A DNA stretch of 64,000 nucleotides from Monocercomonoides exilis PA203 (lineage: Eukaryota > Protista > Preaxostyla), in assembly GCA_001643675.2 (NCBI GenBank), contig LSRY02000004.1, forward strand, positions 1,116,001 to 1,180,000, read 5' to 3'. Below the pieces are notes generated by a model, which did not search any database, was not told where the DNA came from, and saw nothing but the letters and a program-made list of their open reading frames with translations. The translations under genes and the position numbers were made by a program. Shown piece by piece: positions 39,701 to 52,900 of this stretch (within the stretch, counting starts at the first letter, position 1; the number at the start of each line of letters is the position of its first letter).

Positions 39701-42072
39701 AAGGATAGGAATGCAATCAAACCGTTAAATGCACAGAAAAAATACATCTTTCGCTGGCGGCGCAAAATGCACTTCTGTGAAGATCCCAAGCTGCTGCTCA
39801 AGTCCGACATTGAGTCGCAAATGAAAACATCTATTAATTTGGCGAAGGTTTGTAACTTCCACAGGCATCATTTTGGAATCGTTGTTTGTTCATAGAAACT
39901 CTCAGGAGAAGACACAGAGGGAGCACAGTCTGCTTCCACAAGGACTGATGTGCAAGCAGAATGAGAATGGACAGAAATGGTCCTTCTCCTTAAAGAATAG
40001 GCAAAAACAGTGGGTTATTCACAGCCTATTTCTCCTTTTTTCTTCTTCTGCCCCAATCCTCTCGCTTACAGTTGGATGTTCATTCGTTCAACCTGAGCCG
40101 CAAAGTTCATATTCTTTTCATCATCTCACATCGCAAGCACAAGGGAAATAAAACTGATATATATTTCAGAACTCATTCAATGCCAACAATTCAATTGACA
40201 ACCCGAGTGATTGTGCTGCGGAACATAGACAGCGGTTGGAGAATAAATGTTAAATCACATGATGAAAGCATTTGGAGAAGAAAGAAGAGGTGAGGAAAAA
40301 AAAAGAAAAAGACGGAACAGAAGGAAATAAAGATTCACGAGTTTTTAGCAGAAACTGAACAGAAGCAGAGGAGCGGAAGCTGATGAAGCAGACGAAGAGA
40401 AAGAGGCAACGAAGACAACAAAGGCGATCTATTGCTTAGCGGGAAAAGCCAAGAGCATTCTTCCGTTTGAAGAGAACGAATTATGCAGAAAGAGGAGCCT
40501 CTTCAACGAGACGAACTCGATTCTTTGTATTTGATGAAGTGCATCACATCGATTTTTTTTTAACACACCAGATGGCTGCTGGTTCGCAACATCAGATGGA
40601 AGAAAAAATAATGTTGAACACATATGGAGTTGCATATGCTTTAACTGCATCATTTTTTTACGCTTTCATCCACAATGTTTCCATATGACTCGCTAACTTC
40701 ATCTTTTTTATTTTCTCGGACTTCAAAACAAATATTGATTCCACTGAACACAGGAACATCCAAATTTCCATGCGAAAAAGGAACAAAATACTTAACGACC
40801 TGCCTTTTTCTACCTTCATTCTTTCTTTCGAAACACCATCTTCACACTCTTTCTGAATGGCCACCTCCCGCTTTTGTTATTCTCTCAATCATGGATGCTA
40901 ACAGGCCTTGGAACTCGACTGAAGGGGAAAGGAGGATTAATTGTTCTGTTCGAAATTTTCTTTTCAACATGCAGTAGAGAAGGCAACCTAGCTGAAGAAG
41001 GTTCTCTATTGGAAGCACAGACCAGAGGTGCAAAAGGAACATTTGCATCACGAAAAAGTCCTCTCAGCACCCATATGCCAAGTCTTCTTTGTGTTGTCAT
41101 GCCATGCGGAATTCTCCTCGTTCCCGTACACATTCGCTGCCACCTTCAACAGCTGTCTCTTCATATCGAATATCACTTCCTGTGCCCTATCTTCACTCGC
41201 TATCTTAACTTTTGCTTTCTCTCCGCACTTCAAAGTGCAATCGAATGCTGTTTGAAACAGTTGAGCTGCTGAACTGGAACGTTTGATCGTTTCCGGCAAT
41301 ACAACAATCCTGCTCTTTTCTCACCTTGTAATTCGAGCCCCTATCTACTCACCACCTTTGCTGCTTCGTTTTCTTTCAGTTGGAAAAAATAATTGATGCA
41401 ATAACTTCTGTTTGTCGCTCCAACATCTTTTCCTGTAACAAATGCAATCCAGCCATTTTTATTTTGTCTTCTTCATTGAAAAAGCTGAACCTTTTTCATC
41501 AAACCTGCATTTGCTTATCATCTTCCAATTGCCTTTGCGATGAATAAATAAAGTTACGTTGTTGGAAGCAAAATTACTTTAATTGGTCGGTCTTCAAATT
41601 GGTCATTTAATGCTGCGGAAATTCAGGAACAGATGACTCGAAACGTATAAACACAGCGCTGATTTATAATCCTTTATTTAATATTTTCCAAATAAACTGA
41701 GCTGGATCTCAATGCTCTTAAAGATCTAATTATTGTTTTTGAATTTGAATTTGAATTATGCTTTGGGTTTGAATTTGATTTTTGTAAATTATTGTTTCAT
41801 CTTCCAATGAAAATTTCAGAATTACGAACGAAAAGTTGAAACGATATGAAAATAGTTTGATGATGTTTCAGAGAAAAGATGCTTTTGAAAAAGAAAAACT
41901 TTATTTCTTGTTCAAGAAAAATGAGTATCAAGTTTATATTCTATTCAAAATAAGGCAAAGTTATTAGTCAAAAATTCAAAAAGATAAAAATTCTTTGTTA
42001 ATCACAAACAATAACTTATTTTGAAAAAATAAAAGAGTAATAAAAATAAAAAAAGTTTAAAAATATTTATTG

Positions 42073-42129
<57 letters not shown>

Positions 42130-42195
42130 ACTCGACACAGGCCGAGACTTTCGACCGACACGCATCGCTAAAAATTTCCTTGTCGCAAAGGCCTA
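36781..42195 (+). mobile_element. hAT DNA transposon, copy B (inverted relative to A, 5415 bp)
   Basis: Same 15-bp TIR. 8-bp TSD ATTTATTT at 36773-36780 and 42196-42203. The ORF track mirrors copy A; the differences I could see are poly-A/T length and a few 1-bp indels. Confidence 0.92.
37540..40293 (+). pseudogene. Decayed hAT transposase, main relic, copy B; boundaries approximate
   Basis: HRLQL (39478-39492) and RWNS (39613-39624) lie in one frame, with spacing like the hAT CxxH and RW motifs. A dimerisation-like ILSLTVGCSF occurs at ~40055-40085. Confidence 0.6.
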
Positions 42196-45100
42196 ATTTA
42201 TTTGTTTCCAATTGTATTTATTACGAATTTTGTAAAAAACATAAAAAAGCATTTATAAATCTCGAAAATTCAATGAACAAAATAAAACATAAGTTATCTT
42301 GCTTGAAAAGCATGATAATGGTTGTTTCAATACGTTATTAATCTATTTCTTATTCAAATATTGTCAAATAAGTTATTGAAAAGAAATCTTAAAATTAATT
42401 AAAAAGATCAAAAAACATTTGTTGAAATGAAACAATTTGAAAAGCAAACAGACAAAAAAATGATAGAAAGCTAGATATTTATCAGATATACAACGGTTTG
42501 CTGCTTATTTTTGCTTAAAAGCAAATAAAACTTAAAAGAAGTTATTAAAATAAATTGATCAAACAAAGTTAAAAAAAATTGCAAAGAAAAAATGAATAAA
42601 CAATAGGAAATTGGAGAATTTTGTCTTCAAATCCTTATAAAATATTTTTTTTCAGCATTTCTCTTTTATCCTCTATCATCCACCTTTTAGTCATAGCCTT
42701 CCTTGATAGCTGAGTCCTTCTTTTATAAGGCTGTTCATTTTTCATGCAGACTCTACAAACATTCCTTTCGTCTGAGATGATTGATAAAAAAGAAGTGGGT
42801 ATGCTCATTTATGCAACACCATCTCCGCTGTCTCCTCACCTGGCCTGTTTCTCCGCATCTCTACTATATCCACTTTTACAGTTATTGTATCCTTTCAATT
42901 CATTTTCGCTTTGTCCATTGATTCTTCACTCATGGCAGTTTTCCCGTCTGCTCTGACCGACTCAACTGCTTTGAGGCAACCTGAATCAGAATCAAGAACA
43001 TTATAAAGACGAGAATCTGCAAATAAGGCCACATTACGCTCTTATGCAAGGGGCCAGCTCTTATGTGAAATGCTGAGAGCGAATGTGCAATGGGCTGTGC
43101 TACCAATACATGTGCTTTCACCAGCTGCGTGAGCGAAGAGTCGACCGAGTGAAGATCCGCGATTGTGTGTCTCCACTGCGAGAAGTCATCATTGCGCTTG
43201 CTCGCATGCATCCTCAAATTCTGCTTCGCACTCAACAACGCCTATCGAGGAAAGGACCTCTTTCTCCAGTGCTCTTCAATCCCCGCACAGATCAACGAGT
43301 CCCTCTTTTCCTTCGACTTCACCCAGCCTTCTCAAGCCACAAATACCTCCATCTGATGCTCTGACTCCTCTCACACCGATCCCGATCACGACTTTAACAT
43401 CCTGCCCTTCATTTCTTTTCTTCCGCACCCACCGGATATTCCTCTGCAAAGACACAGACTCCTCTTCCAAGCTATGCTACTCCCCGCTTGGCCTCTGTAT
43501 CTCCTTCTCCGCAACCTTAATTTATATCTTCCTCCAGAATTGCCTTCCCAACATTCGAATTTGGTCTTACTCAAACAATCGTGTTTTTGTTCACTTTGCA
43601 TTTCCCCGCTCGCTGATATTGCATTAAACAATAACTGCATCCTCATCTCATTCCACTCCTCCTTCCGCTCCTCCTTTGCTTCAATCAACTTTTCAGTCTT
43701 TCACATTTTCGACTGATTCCTCCAGACATCTTTCTGAATCTTTTCTCTCTCGCTTCAATTTCTCCTCCTTCAGTACTTCACAGTCTTGAACGTGATTGAC
43801 GTTGGATTTAGCAACTCCGTCTAACATCTCTCGCAACAGATCTCTCCATTAAAGCAGACAGCGCTTTTCTTCTTATTCAATGTCAAATTTATCATGAAGC
43901 TCCTATTGAATGATGAATTCCTTCTTCACTAACATCTTGCTCTCAAAGATTAGCAGTTGTGCACATGCCAACAACAGTGAGTTCACCAACAACAGCCTTG
44001 CCGTTTGGAATTACCACTTCTCCCACAGCAACTTCATCTGCTCCGATGCCTGTGGACTCAACATCGCTTTCACGAATCCGCTTGTAACATATACACCGTT
44101 GTTCAGCACCATTCACTGTCACTCAAATGCATTGCCCCTGATTCGTATGTTCCTGCTTCCAAGCATTTTCAGATTGCAAAATATCTTCTTCCCAAGAACC
44201 GCACTTTAAAAACGCCGCAAGAATGAAAATATTAGAGCAAAAAGAGAAAAAGAAGGGTTAGAAATGTTCTGTGCTCAGAGCGACTTCAGTAAGAGCTAAT
44301 AAGAGTCTGTTGCAGAAGATGAAGGAGTTGGTGGCTTCGCCGGAGTTCCAACAAGAACAGAAGGGGCAGACAATTGTGTGTGTGATATTGGAAGAAAAAG
44401 GTGGAGTGGCAAATATTGAGGAGGCTGTGATGTTTTGAGAGTGCCATTGTGCAGATGAGAGTGTGCTGTCGAACGAATAAAACGTTTGCTGCTGTTCATC
44501 ATCATTTTCATCGCCTCCTTCTTCTCTTCCCATGTCCCTCCTCCTTTCTGTTGATGTCTGTGTAAGTCTTGTGTCGAAAGTGCCAATTTGTGTGTGCAAA
44601 ACTCGTCTTTCTCCTTCTTCTTCGTCTTCGCCTTTGGTTATTTCTTCTGTCTCCATTTTCTCCGTTCTGAGCTTAATTTGCTTCTGAAATCCACCTTCTT
44701 TGCATCTTCCATTTGAACACATCCTCCTCGCTCCTCTCTGTTCACTCCTTGGTGGTGTCATTAAGCGAGCGGATGAACGCAATGCGCCTGGCAGATCCTT
44801 CCCTCTTCCGCTGCCATTTCTCATGAGATGCCCATTCACCTCATTCACTCCGCTCAGCACAACCAGAGCGCGGAAGACGTACGAAGTGCTGAAGCAGAGC
44901 GTAATACGCCTCTGTGGAAGAGGAAAACAGTTCAAATGCACATTCAGTGAAGCTGCAGAATGCATTGATAACGATGATGATGAAGAAGAGAATAATGAAA
45001 AAGGAGGAGGCAACAGTGGAGAAGAAGATGATGATGAATGGAACACAATGAAGCAGAGAACAACGATTTCAAAGCGGGAAGAGGACGAGGAATCAGAGAA

Positions 45101-45412
45101 AGAAATAGCGGAGGGTTGCTGAAATCCTAGAGCAAATTCCAAGAAAGACACAGAATCAGAAGAAGTTTACAATTTCTTCTCATGTGGCAGATGTTTAGAT
45201 GAGATCTTCATTACTCTTAAGGTATCCTTTGCATCGTCTGCATCCTACGGAGCAGAGCAGCAGAGGCCAAAGTGATAACACAATTCAGCCAGCGCTGTGC
45301 GATGGTGCGTGTCCAGAGGAGAAGTGGCAACTGTTGAAATGTTCAAAGCACGCCAGACACTGGGAGGTGGAGTTGATGGCGTATCGTCAGTGGGGTTGGG
45401 GGAGAAAAAGAA

Positions 45413-45414
<2 letters not shown>

Positions 45415-45443
<29 letters not shown>

Positions 45444-45530
45444 AAGAAGAAGAAGAAGAAGAAGAAGAAGAAGAAGAAGAAGAAGAAGAAGAAGAAGAAG
45501 AAGAAGATGATGATGATGATGATGATGATG
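45415..45530 (+). repeat. (GAA)n followed by (GAT)n microsatellite
   Basis: About 30 GAA units then about 8 GAT units. Confidence 0.95.
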
Positions 45531-48500
45531 AGGAACTCTAATATTGTCGCATAGAAAAAGAGAAGGTCGAACCAAATTATTTCCCATCAAAAACATAAAC
45601 AATTATAAAATCAGCGCTTCTTGCGCTGCACATCACGCAACTTCCATTCTCTCCCACACCTTTGACGTCCCTAATCTAATTTTCATTACCATTTCCAACT
45701 TCCTCTTCCTCCTCTTCTTTTTCTTCCGTGATTGCGTTCACAATTCTGGATAAATGTTCATCCAACAGCTTCACCAAGCCAGAATAACAACCATCTTTCA
45801 CTTGAGATGTGCTTGGTTTATAAATTCTTGCTGAAAATGCACAAAAAACTGAAAAATATGACTTTTTCTTATTGTTCAGCGACTGAGTTGTCACATCCAG
45901 GTGATTTTTAATCAACGCACTGAGAATCTGCATCAGATCTTTGTGGCTTATTGCAGTGGGTTTGTGCTTTCTTCTTCTTCTTCTTCCTCTTCTTCTTTTA
46001 TTTTTTTCATCTATCCTTTTGACGAAAAAAATGTTCGTATCTTTCTTTCACTTCTTTTCCTTTCTTTTCAACTTTTCCGCTTTCAACACTCATCTCTCCT
46101 TCTCTCTCATTCTCAAGCTCACCATTCTTTATTCTTTTGTCACAATCAAATCCATCAACAACGTTAACTTCAGCCTCCTCTTTTTCTGTATTCATTCTGC
46201 TATTGACTTCATCCATTCCTGCTTCTGAAGTCTCTTTCTCACTCTTCACATTTTCCGCATCTTTTTCCATTTCATTCTTCTCCTTAACCTCCAACCCACA
46301 TCAACAATCGCGCCCCATCTCCAATTGCAAATCCTTTGTGATTAACAGATTGTCTTCTTCCACTCTTTTCCGTCCTTCTGAATCGCATTATAACAACCAA
46401 ATCATTTCACACGTTTGCATTATCTCCCACATTGCTGTTTCGCACAGTACCACAGCAGCTGTCGTTAACTGAATTATTCTCATTTCGCCTATTTTAATAA
46501 AATCCAGCAGCAGCAGTCAGAATAACTTGAACAGCATGAGGAAGAAATTCAAAAGATTCCTCAAGGAAAGTGAACGATCCTCACACAATTACAGTTGATT
46601 ATGCAAGATGTTGCAGGAAAAAGATGCAGAAGAAGAGGAAGAAGAAGATGACGAATAACACCTTACAGTCACAACGTTTAGCCAGCCTTCAAATTCGTGC
46701 TCGTTGTTGGTGAACTGGATGCGCTCAAGCTGTTTCACACACATCTCAGTGAGAACTCAGAGCTTCACGCATATCTCAGAAGGTCCGGCCATATCTTTAA
46801 CTTCTATAAAAACTGCCCAGACGAATGAACAAAAAGAAGATAAAGGATATTCGCTTAAGACAAGAGCAGTCGAACATTGCTCGTCTTTTTTCAGCGCGTG
46901 TGGCAGACACTTTTTGAGTGCACCCCAGGCTTCCAGCTAGTGTTGCTTTGAAGAGAAGAAGAGAAGCGTGATCAACATCATTAAGAAGACAGAGAGAGGA
47001 GACAAGCTGCTGCTACGGTGAAGAGGAATAGAAGGAGAAGGAGTTGGCAGAACCGGACTTTGAGAAAATAGTAGATGCTGTTGATAATAATGATGCAAAA
47101 GGCAACGCATTTTATGCTGTTGCATTCTCTTTCGATGTTTGAGCGAGTAACTCATCGAGCGGCTCAGGGCTTTCATGCCATGCAAACGGCACAGTCAACT
47201 CAACGTCTTGCAGATTGAGTTGATTCTGCAATGAGCTTGCGGATTGTTGTCTCGACGCTTCTCTTTTCGAATCTACAACTTATTCTAATTCATTTTCGGG
47301 GCACTGAAGAAATGACAGAAGGTTCCGTGTCAGTCAGGCAAGGCTCATTTGAAACAGCACGTTGTATCGCAGTCATTTCGTCATATGGGCTCGTGAACAC
47401 TCTTTCGTGATCGTAGAAATTGTCGACCGAATCAGAAATCGCGTATGAACGCAAACTTGATTTGAGTGCAAAATATGCAGTTTGTCTTTCGAATTCTGCT
47501 TTCCACTTTACCAACTGAAAAAAAATCAACGCGCTTTATTTCGCTTTGCAAGAAGCACACAATCTCCAGCAGCTGCCCTTCCAGTAAAATTTCCTTTGAC
47601 ACTTTTCTCTTTGGATTGAGCCTCCTGTCGTTCGCAGATATGCCTATAGACTCTGCGTTTTTTAGTATGCTTCCTTAAAAAATGTTGGAATAAAAAAAAA
47701 TTGTAAAAAGAAAGTTGCAATGGAGCTGTGCTTGTAATACATGTCCTTTTCCAACAGCGGAAGCGGCTTGCACATCTAATCCCACTTTGATGAAGAGAAA
47801 AATATCAAAGATGACAAAAACGATAACGAAAAAGAATAAGAGGAGGAGGAGGAAAAAGACAATGAAACAGATGAAGAACAATATTATTTCACCGCTCTTT
47901 GAATTCTATCAGATCCAGTACATTTTGGTGTTCTGGCGAGCTTCACTTGTATTTGCATGATCACGCTTGTATAATCTTCTCTTTTTCGTATGTGATCTCG
48001 AGAAACTTCTTGATGATCTTGTGGATGTTTTGTGTTTCACATAAACCGTGAAACTTGCCATTGTTTTCGGTTCAGTGAATTTTTGAATCAGCCAACTCCT
48101 TCGAGCCTGATGAATGATGATTGGATGGAGAAGCATTTACAGAAGTATTTAAGGTGACTTCCTTGTTGATAATTTGGGGTTGGCTGTTGTTGTTGATGAT
48201 GATAATCAAAGAGAGTGAAATGCCATTCAACCAACAAACAACACTAAAAGAAAAAGCAGTTTTTTCAGAAATGTGTTCCATTAAACTCATAGAAATAATG
48301 CACACCTTTTTTCAAAGAAAAATAAATGCTGAACTGTTTTCATATAAAACAAATAAAATTTGAAATTGAGATAATCTGAAAATGAATTTTTCAAATGATG
48401 TAATAATTGGAGTGAATACACGAAAAATAGTACACTTCTAATAGATTTTGCAAGCTTACAGTATATTTTATTAACGGTCAAATCAAATAATCATCAATTG

Positions 48501-49805
48501 AATGCAATATCTATAAATTGATAATCTTTCTTTATTTTTCAAAAAAAATATTTTATTAATTGACATGATCATGGCGTTGTGGGCATTTCATTTTTTTTGC
48601 TCGAAACAACATAAAATGATATTTAACAACTATCTGGTGTTGAAAAGTCCTTCTCCACTTTTGCCCAAAACGCACAAATAATTTGGTTAACTTATGATCA
48701 AGAATTTAGAATGTTTAAAAATATATTAATTAGATCATGGGCGTTTTGGTCATTTTATTTTTTTGCTCAATACAGCAAAAAATGATATTTTCAGCTTGTA
48801 AAGTACAGAAAAAGTGACTTTCAATGTTGACCAAAATGCACAAATAATTTGGTTATTTATGATCATTAATTTTGGAAATGTGATATTTGTTTGAATATTA
48901 TTCATTTTATTTGTGAATATTATTGCTATATTAATGCTTACAAGTCATCAGAAAATCGTTATTAAATTATGTTAGATTCACATAAGGTGAAAAGCAGTTT
49001 TTTCATATTTCATTGAATTAACACCTTATATCAGAAAAATATCATTGAAATTTTTGTCTCTTAAAAAATGTTTTGTTTTTGAATGAAAATGCTTATTATT
49101 ATTCTTCCATTCAATATATAATTGTTTTGATATCAATATCTTCATTGTTGAGTTACAACAACAGTTGATGAATATTCAGAGATAATAAAAACAGAAAAAT
49201 AAATACATTGCTAATTAGATAACAATCATAAAACAAAATAACACACAAATAACATTAGCACTTCATTGTATTAATCATCTAAAAAATAGAAAACAACAAA
49301 TATGTTTCTTTTCTTGTTGCATCACTTTCAAAAAAAATTATTCTTACCACATCGACAGCAAAACAATCCCCAATTGTCAATTCAATATCAATTAATATGA
49401 GCAATTTAAGATTCAATAAAAAGCATTACTGTATCAACAAACACATGGTATCATAGTCAATTCAAAACACAAAAGAATACAAATACTTTAGGTGCAAAAA
49501 CAAACTTGACTGTTTATCCTTTGTTTTCTACCCACTCCACCCTTTCTGATATAACTCTTGTCCAAACTCAAAAAGATCAAATTCAACAGAGAAAAAAGGC
49601 AGACACAGTGATAAAACATCACTTCACACTCTCAGCTATTCTCCTTTCCTCAAATCAAATTCAAAAATCATTGAAACTCTTCACAACACCCATCAAAAAA
49701 TGAATCTCTATTTAGACATATATAAATAAATATCGGGACTATTACCAAGTGAAAATAGGGACATTATTGGGACAGAAACAGTGAGAAAACAATCGGATTC
49801 AAACC

Positions 49806-49931
49806 GTTGTGCACCTGGGAGGCTGTTCGTCGTATCCAGGTCCGGATAAAGCAGCCCGAAGGCTGCAATATCTAATACGAACAGTCATGTCCAGCACCCT
49901 TCCGATAGAGTGCCAGCTAAGCATACACAAC
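49806..49931 (-). ncRNA. Putative structured RNA (126 nt) just 3' of the transposase stop
   Basis: GC-rich island with a closing stem GUUGUGUA/UGCACAAC, a 10-bp hairpin CUGGCACUCU/AGGGUGCUGG with 3 G-U pairs, a stem GACUGUUCGU/ACGAACAGCC, and the hairpin GCAGCC-UUCG-GGCUGC. Folded by hand only. Confidence 0.6.
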
Positions 49932-49941
49932 AACTAGTTTC

Positions 49942-52900
49942 TTAAAAAGGGACACCATTAATACAATTTTGAGATTCATTTAAAGAAGAAGAGTCAAGAA
50001 GAAGCTCAAATCTCCTTGAAAGAAGATCTTGAGAAGATTGAGAAAGAAGAGAAGAGTTAGATGATGTGATATCAGAGTGAAATGACTTTTTTGAACGTTG
50101 AACATTTTCTTTCATTGTCGAAGATTCGAGGGCAACCAGAGAGCGTTGAGAAAGATATCCAACAGCAGATGCGCAGACAAATGAGCCCTTGTGCTCAAAG
50201 TATAAATAGTCCTTCATGTGAGGGACTGACAGTGATGGCCATGAAATTTGCTGAGATGGTACATACTCTTCAAAGTACCTCTCATGCACACACTCCTTGA
50301 TAGATGATGAAGATGGGGAGTTGTTTAATGAGGATGATTCAAAAATATTCAATTGCGAAGATGATGAAACAGATGTTGAAACATTCATATTGTTTTCGAA
50401 GAAGTTGATCAAATCATGAAGTGTAGTGATGTGCTCAGTCGAAAGATTGTTATCGATTGCATTCACTAACGCACCAAATTCACTATCACAGATATTTTTT
50501 CCATGGTGCTCAGCGAAGAAGTTGAGTTGAGTGTTTTTCTTTTTCAAAAGTTTTGATTGTTTGGAGAGGATGAAGTGAAGAAGGAAGCGATTTCGGTTGT
50601 GTGGACCCGAATCGCAGAAGAACTTAAAAGTGTGAGTGTCTGAGAAGAAGTTTCTTTTGATCACAGATTCCAGACACTCAATAACAAATCTGTGATTATT
50701 TGAGAGGCAATCGGAGAAGAAGTTGAAAGTCAATTTTATGAGTTGATTGTTGATCTTTTGAAGAGAGATGATTGTGAATTGAGAAACTTGTTGGTAATTA
50801 AAGAATTCTTCTTGAAGTTGATTTTTTTCTGATGGGGAGTTTCCATTTTTCTTTGAAATCGAAAACGAATACTGCTTCTCCTTCTTTCAAATTGTCAACT
50901 GTTGATTGATAATGTTTCCGTTGCATTTCTGCAACAAGTCGATGTTGACGAAGTAATTTAAGTGAATGAAACTCTGCTTCAGACAGTCCATTTTTGTTTT
51001 GCGATGACTTTAATTTGTTTTCCAGATTGTTGAGTTTCTCGCACATGCCGCAGAGATCTGTCCGCCTTTTCGCTTTCGAGAAGTTGGTGGTAAGTTTGTA
51101 GAAGTGTGACAAAGAAACTTTAATATTTGTTTCTTCAGAAAACTCTTTCCATAATTAAGTCTTGGGCTTGAAGATTAATCTCTTTTCATTCGGAGAAAAG
51201 ATGCCCGTTTTCTTTCTTTTTTCTTTCAGTGCTTCCAATCCATAACTTGTTAAAATTGACGAAGAAAGATGTGGAACGGAAGTTGAACCATACAGTGGTG
51301 TGATGAACGATGATGGTGGAGTTGTTTCTGCAGATGAATTGTTGATAATTTTGGACTGTGAAGAGGAAGTTGAGGAAGAGGAACCACCAAATTGGATGCT
51401 TGGTTGAGTTGATTGTGATTTCTCTTTCACGTAGAATGATAAAGAAGGAATATAGCCCTGAGAAAAGAGATCTTTCCATGACTTTGACCATCTATCACTG
51501 TCAAATGCATCAATATCATCATCGTTACAGGTGATCCACATCTTTTTCATTCCGTTATTTCTTTCCACAACGGTAATGCAATGACCGTTGCTATTATCAA
51601 ACTGTTTATGAAGGATTTGTCCAATTAAGTGATAGAATGTTGTTTCTTTATTTTGGTTGTGAAATGAAGTTTTATTTTCATTTGCAAATCCTTTGCAAAA
51701 TGAATGTTTATTCGACATATCAGTCTCGATAAGAAGTGTTCGAGAAGGATGAGAACCAGCAGGATCAGTACATTCATGGGAGAGGGCCAGAACCTCCGGA
51801 AACGAAATCATTTCCTCCCACCTGGCAGTGCAGCATTTTTCTTTGCATTCTTCACAATATACACTATTTTTCCCATCTAGTATTTCAGTTGAAAACAAAG
51901 AAGATAAGCCATTGTGAGTAGATGAAGAATTGATGATTATGCTATTGTTGATGTTGTCGATATGTGATGTGAGTTTTTGACATTTCACTCATTTCATATG
52001 TGAAATAATAACTGGATTGAAACTATCTTGTTTTAATAATCCGTCTTTTTCAAACAATTGATGAAGATTTTCGAAAGCTTCTGAAACATTCTGCTGCTGT
52101 TTGCTTCCATATCCGCAAAAGTCTTCCCATTTGCTAACAACTGATGGGATCCATGAATGCACTTTTGTTCTATCTTTGAGGATTTGATTGCAAATACTCA
52201 TCATTCGAGAAGATAATGTCTAATTTGAATGTGATTTTGTGAAGATCGTTGGTTTTGAACTGCAGATCGAGGACCAGCATTGCAGAAGAGATGCCAAGTA
52301 ACATGTGTTTCCAAAATTTGCCAACCCTTTTGCTGTTTTTAATGGAGTATTAGGTGTGAATTTTAAAACATTAGCCGTTGATTTGGATGAAGAAGAAATA
52401 AACGGATCAAAATTTGTTGAATTATCTCTTGTAATAAACTGTGACTTTTGTTGTTGTGTTGAAATGTTGCTCTCTTTTGTGAAAGATGAGACTAGATTTT
52501 GGAACGCATGAGGAGGAATAAGAGTGGGTGAGGTGACATATTCCATAAGTTGGCAGCTAACCCACATATTTTCGTTGCGAAAAGATGAAGTTGCTTTGTC
52601 TTCTGGAGAAGTATTGATTGAATCTTTTCTTTTCACTTTGATCGAAAAGGAAGAAGAGGAAGAGGAAGAAGATGAAGATTGAGAAGAATTAGAAAGAGGA
52701 GAAGGAGAAGGAGAAGGAAGGGAGGTGGTATCATTGACAGGTGTACAAGCAGATAAATCAATGTCAGAACCATCAGAAGAAATTAGATTGGAAGAAGAAG
52801 AAGAAGAAGAATTTAATGGAGAAGAAGAAGAGGAGGAGGAAGAGGAGGAAGAAGAAGAATTATTTGAATTAGAAGAGGAAGAGGAAGAGGAAGAGGAAGA

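Noticed and set aside
25272-42195. A single 17-kb giant element (Maverick/Polinton or composite) with 5.4-kb TIRs
   Set aside because: Each arm has its own TIR pair and TSD, the outer flanks do not match each other, and no integrase, polB or capsid gene is present.
42744-48481. Short ORFs, including 44258..45151 (297 aa), as genes
   Set aside because: No recognisable domain and frequent frame breaks. Treated as unassigned gene debris.
48957-49931. Fanzor/TnpB omegaRNA interpretation of the structured RNA
   Set aside because: No RuvC/TnpB-like ORF is visible, and the structure is ~1.2 kb from the element end rather than abutting it.
49806-49931. 5S rRNA or tRNA
   Set aside because: Size and closing helix resemble 5S, but the conserved 5S loop sequences and the tRNA D/T arms are absent.
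51989-51991. In-frame TGA at an expected Cys (MK*VKC) together with a 3' structured RNA, suggesting selenocysteine recoding
   Set aside because: The RNA has AUGA but no partner GA or apical AA of a SECIS, and the gene also has TAG, TAA and frameshifts. A TGY-to-TGA mutation is simpler.
51155-52222. In-frame TAA/TAG read as Gln (the non-standard code of some oxymonads)
   Set aside because: Only two such codons among many CAA/CAG. The long host ORFs have none internally and some end in TAG, so the standard code applies.
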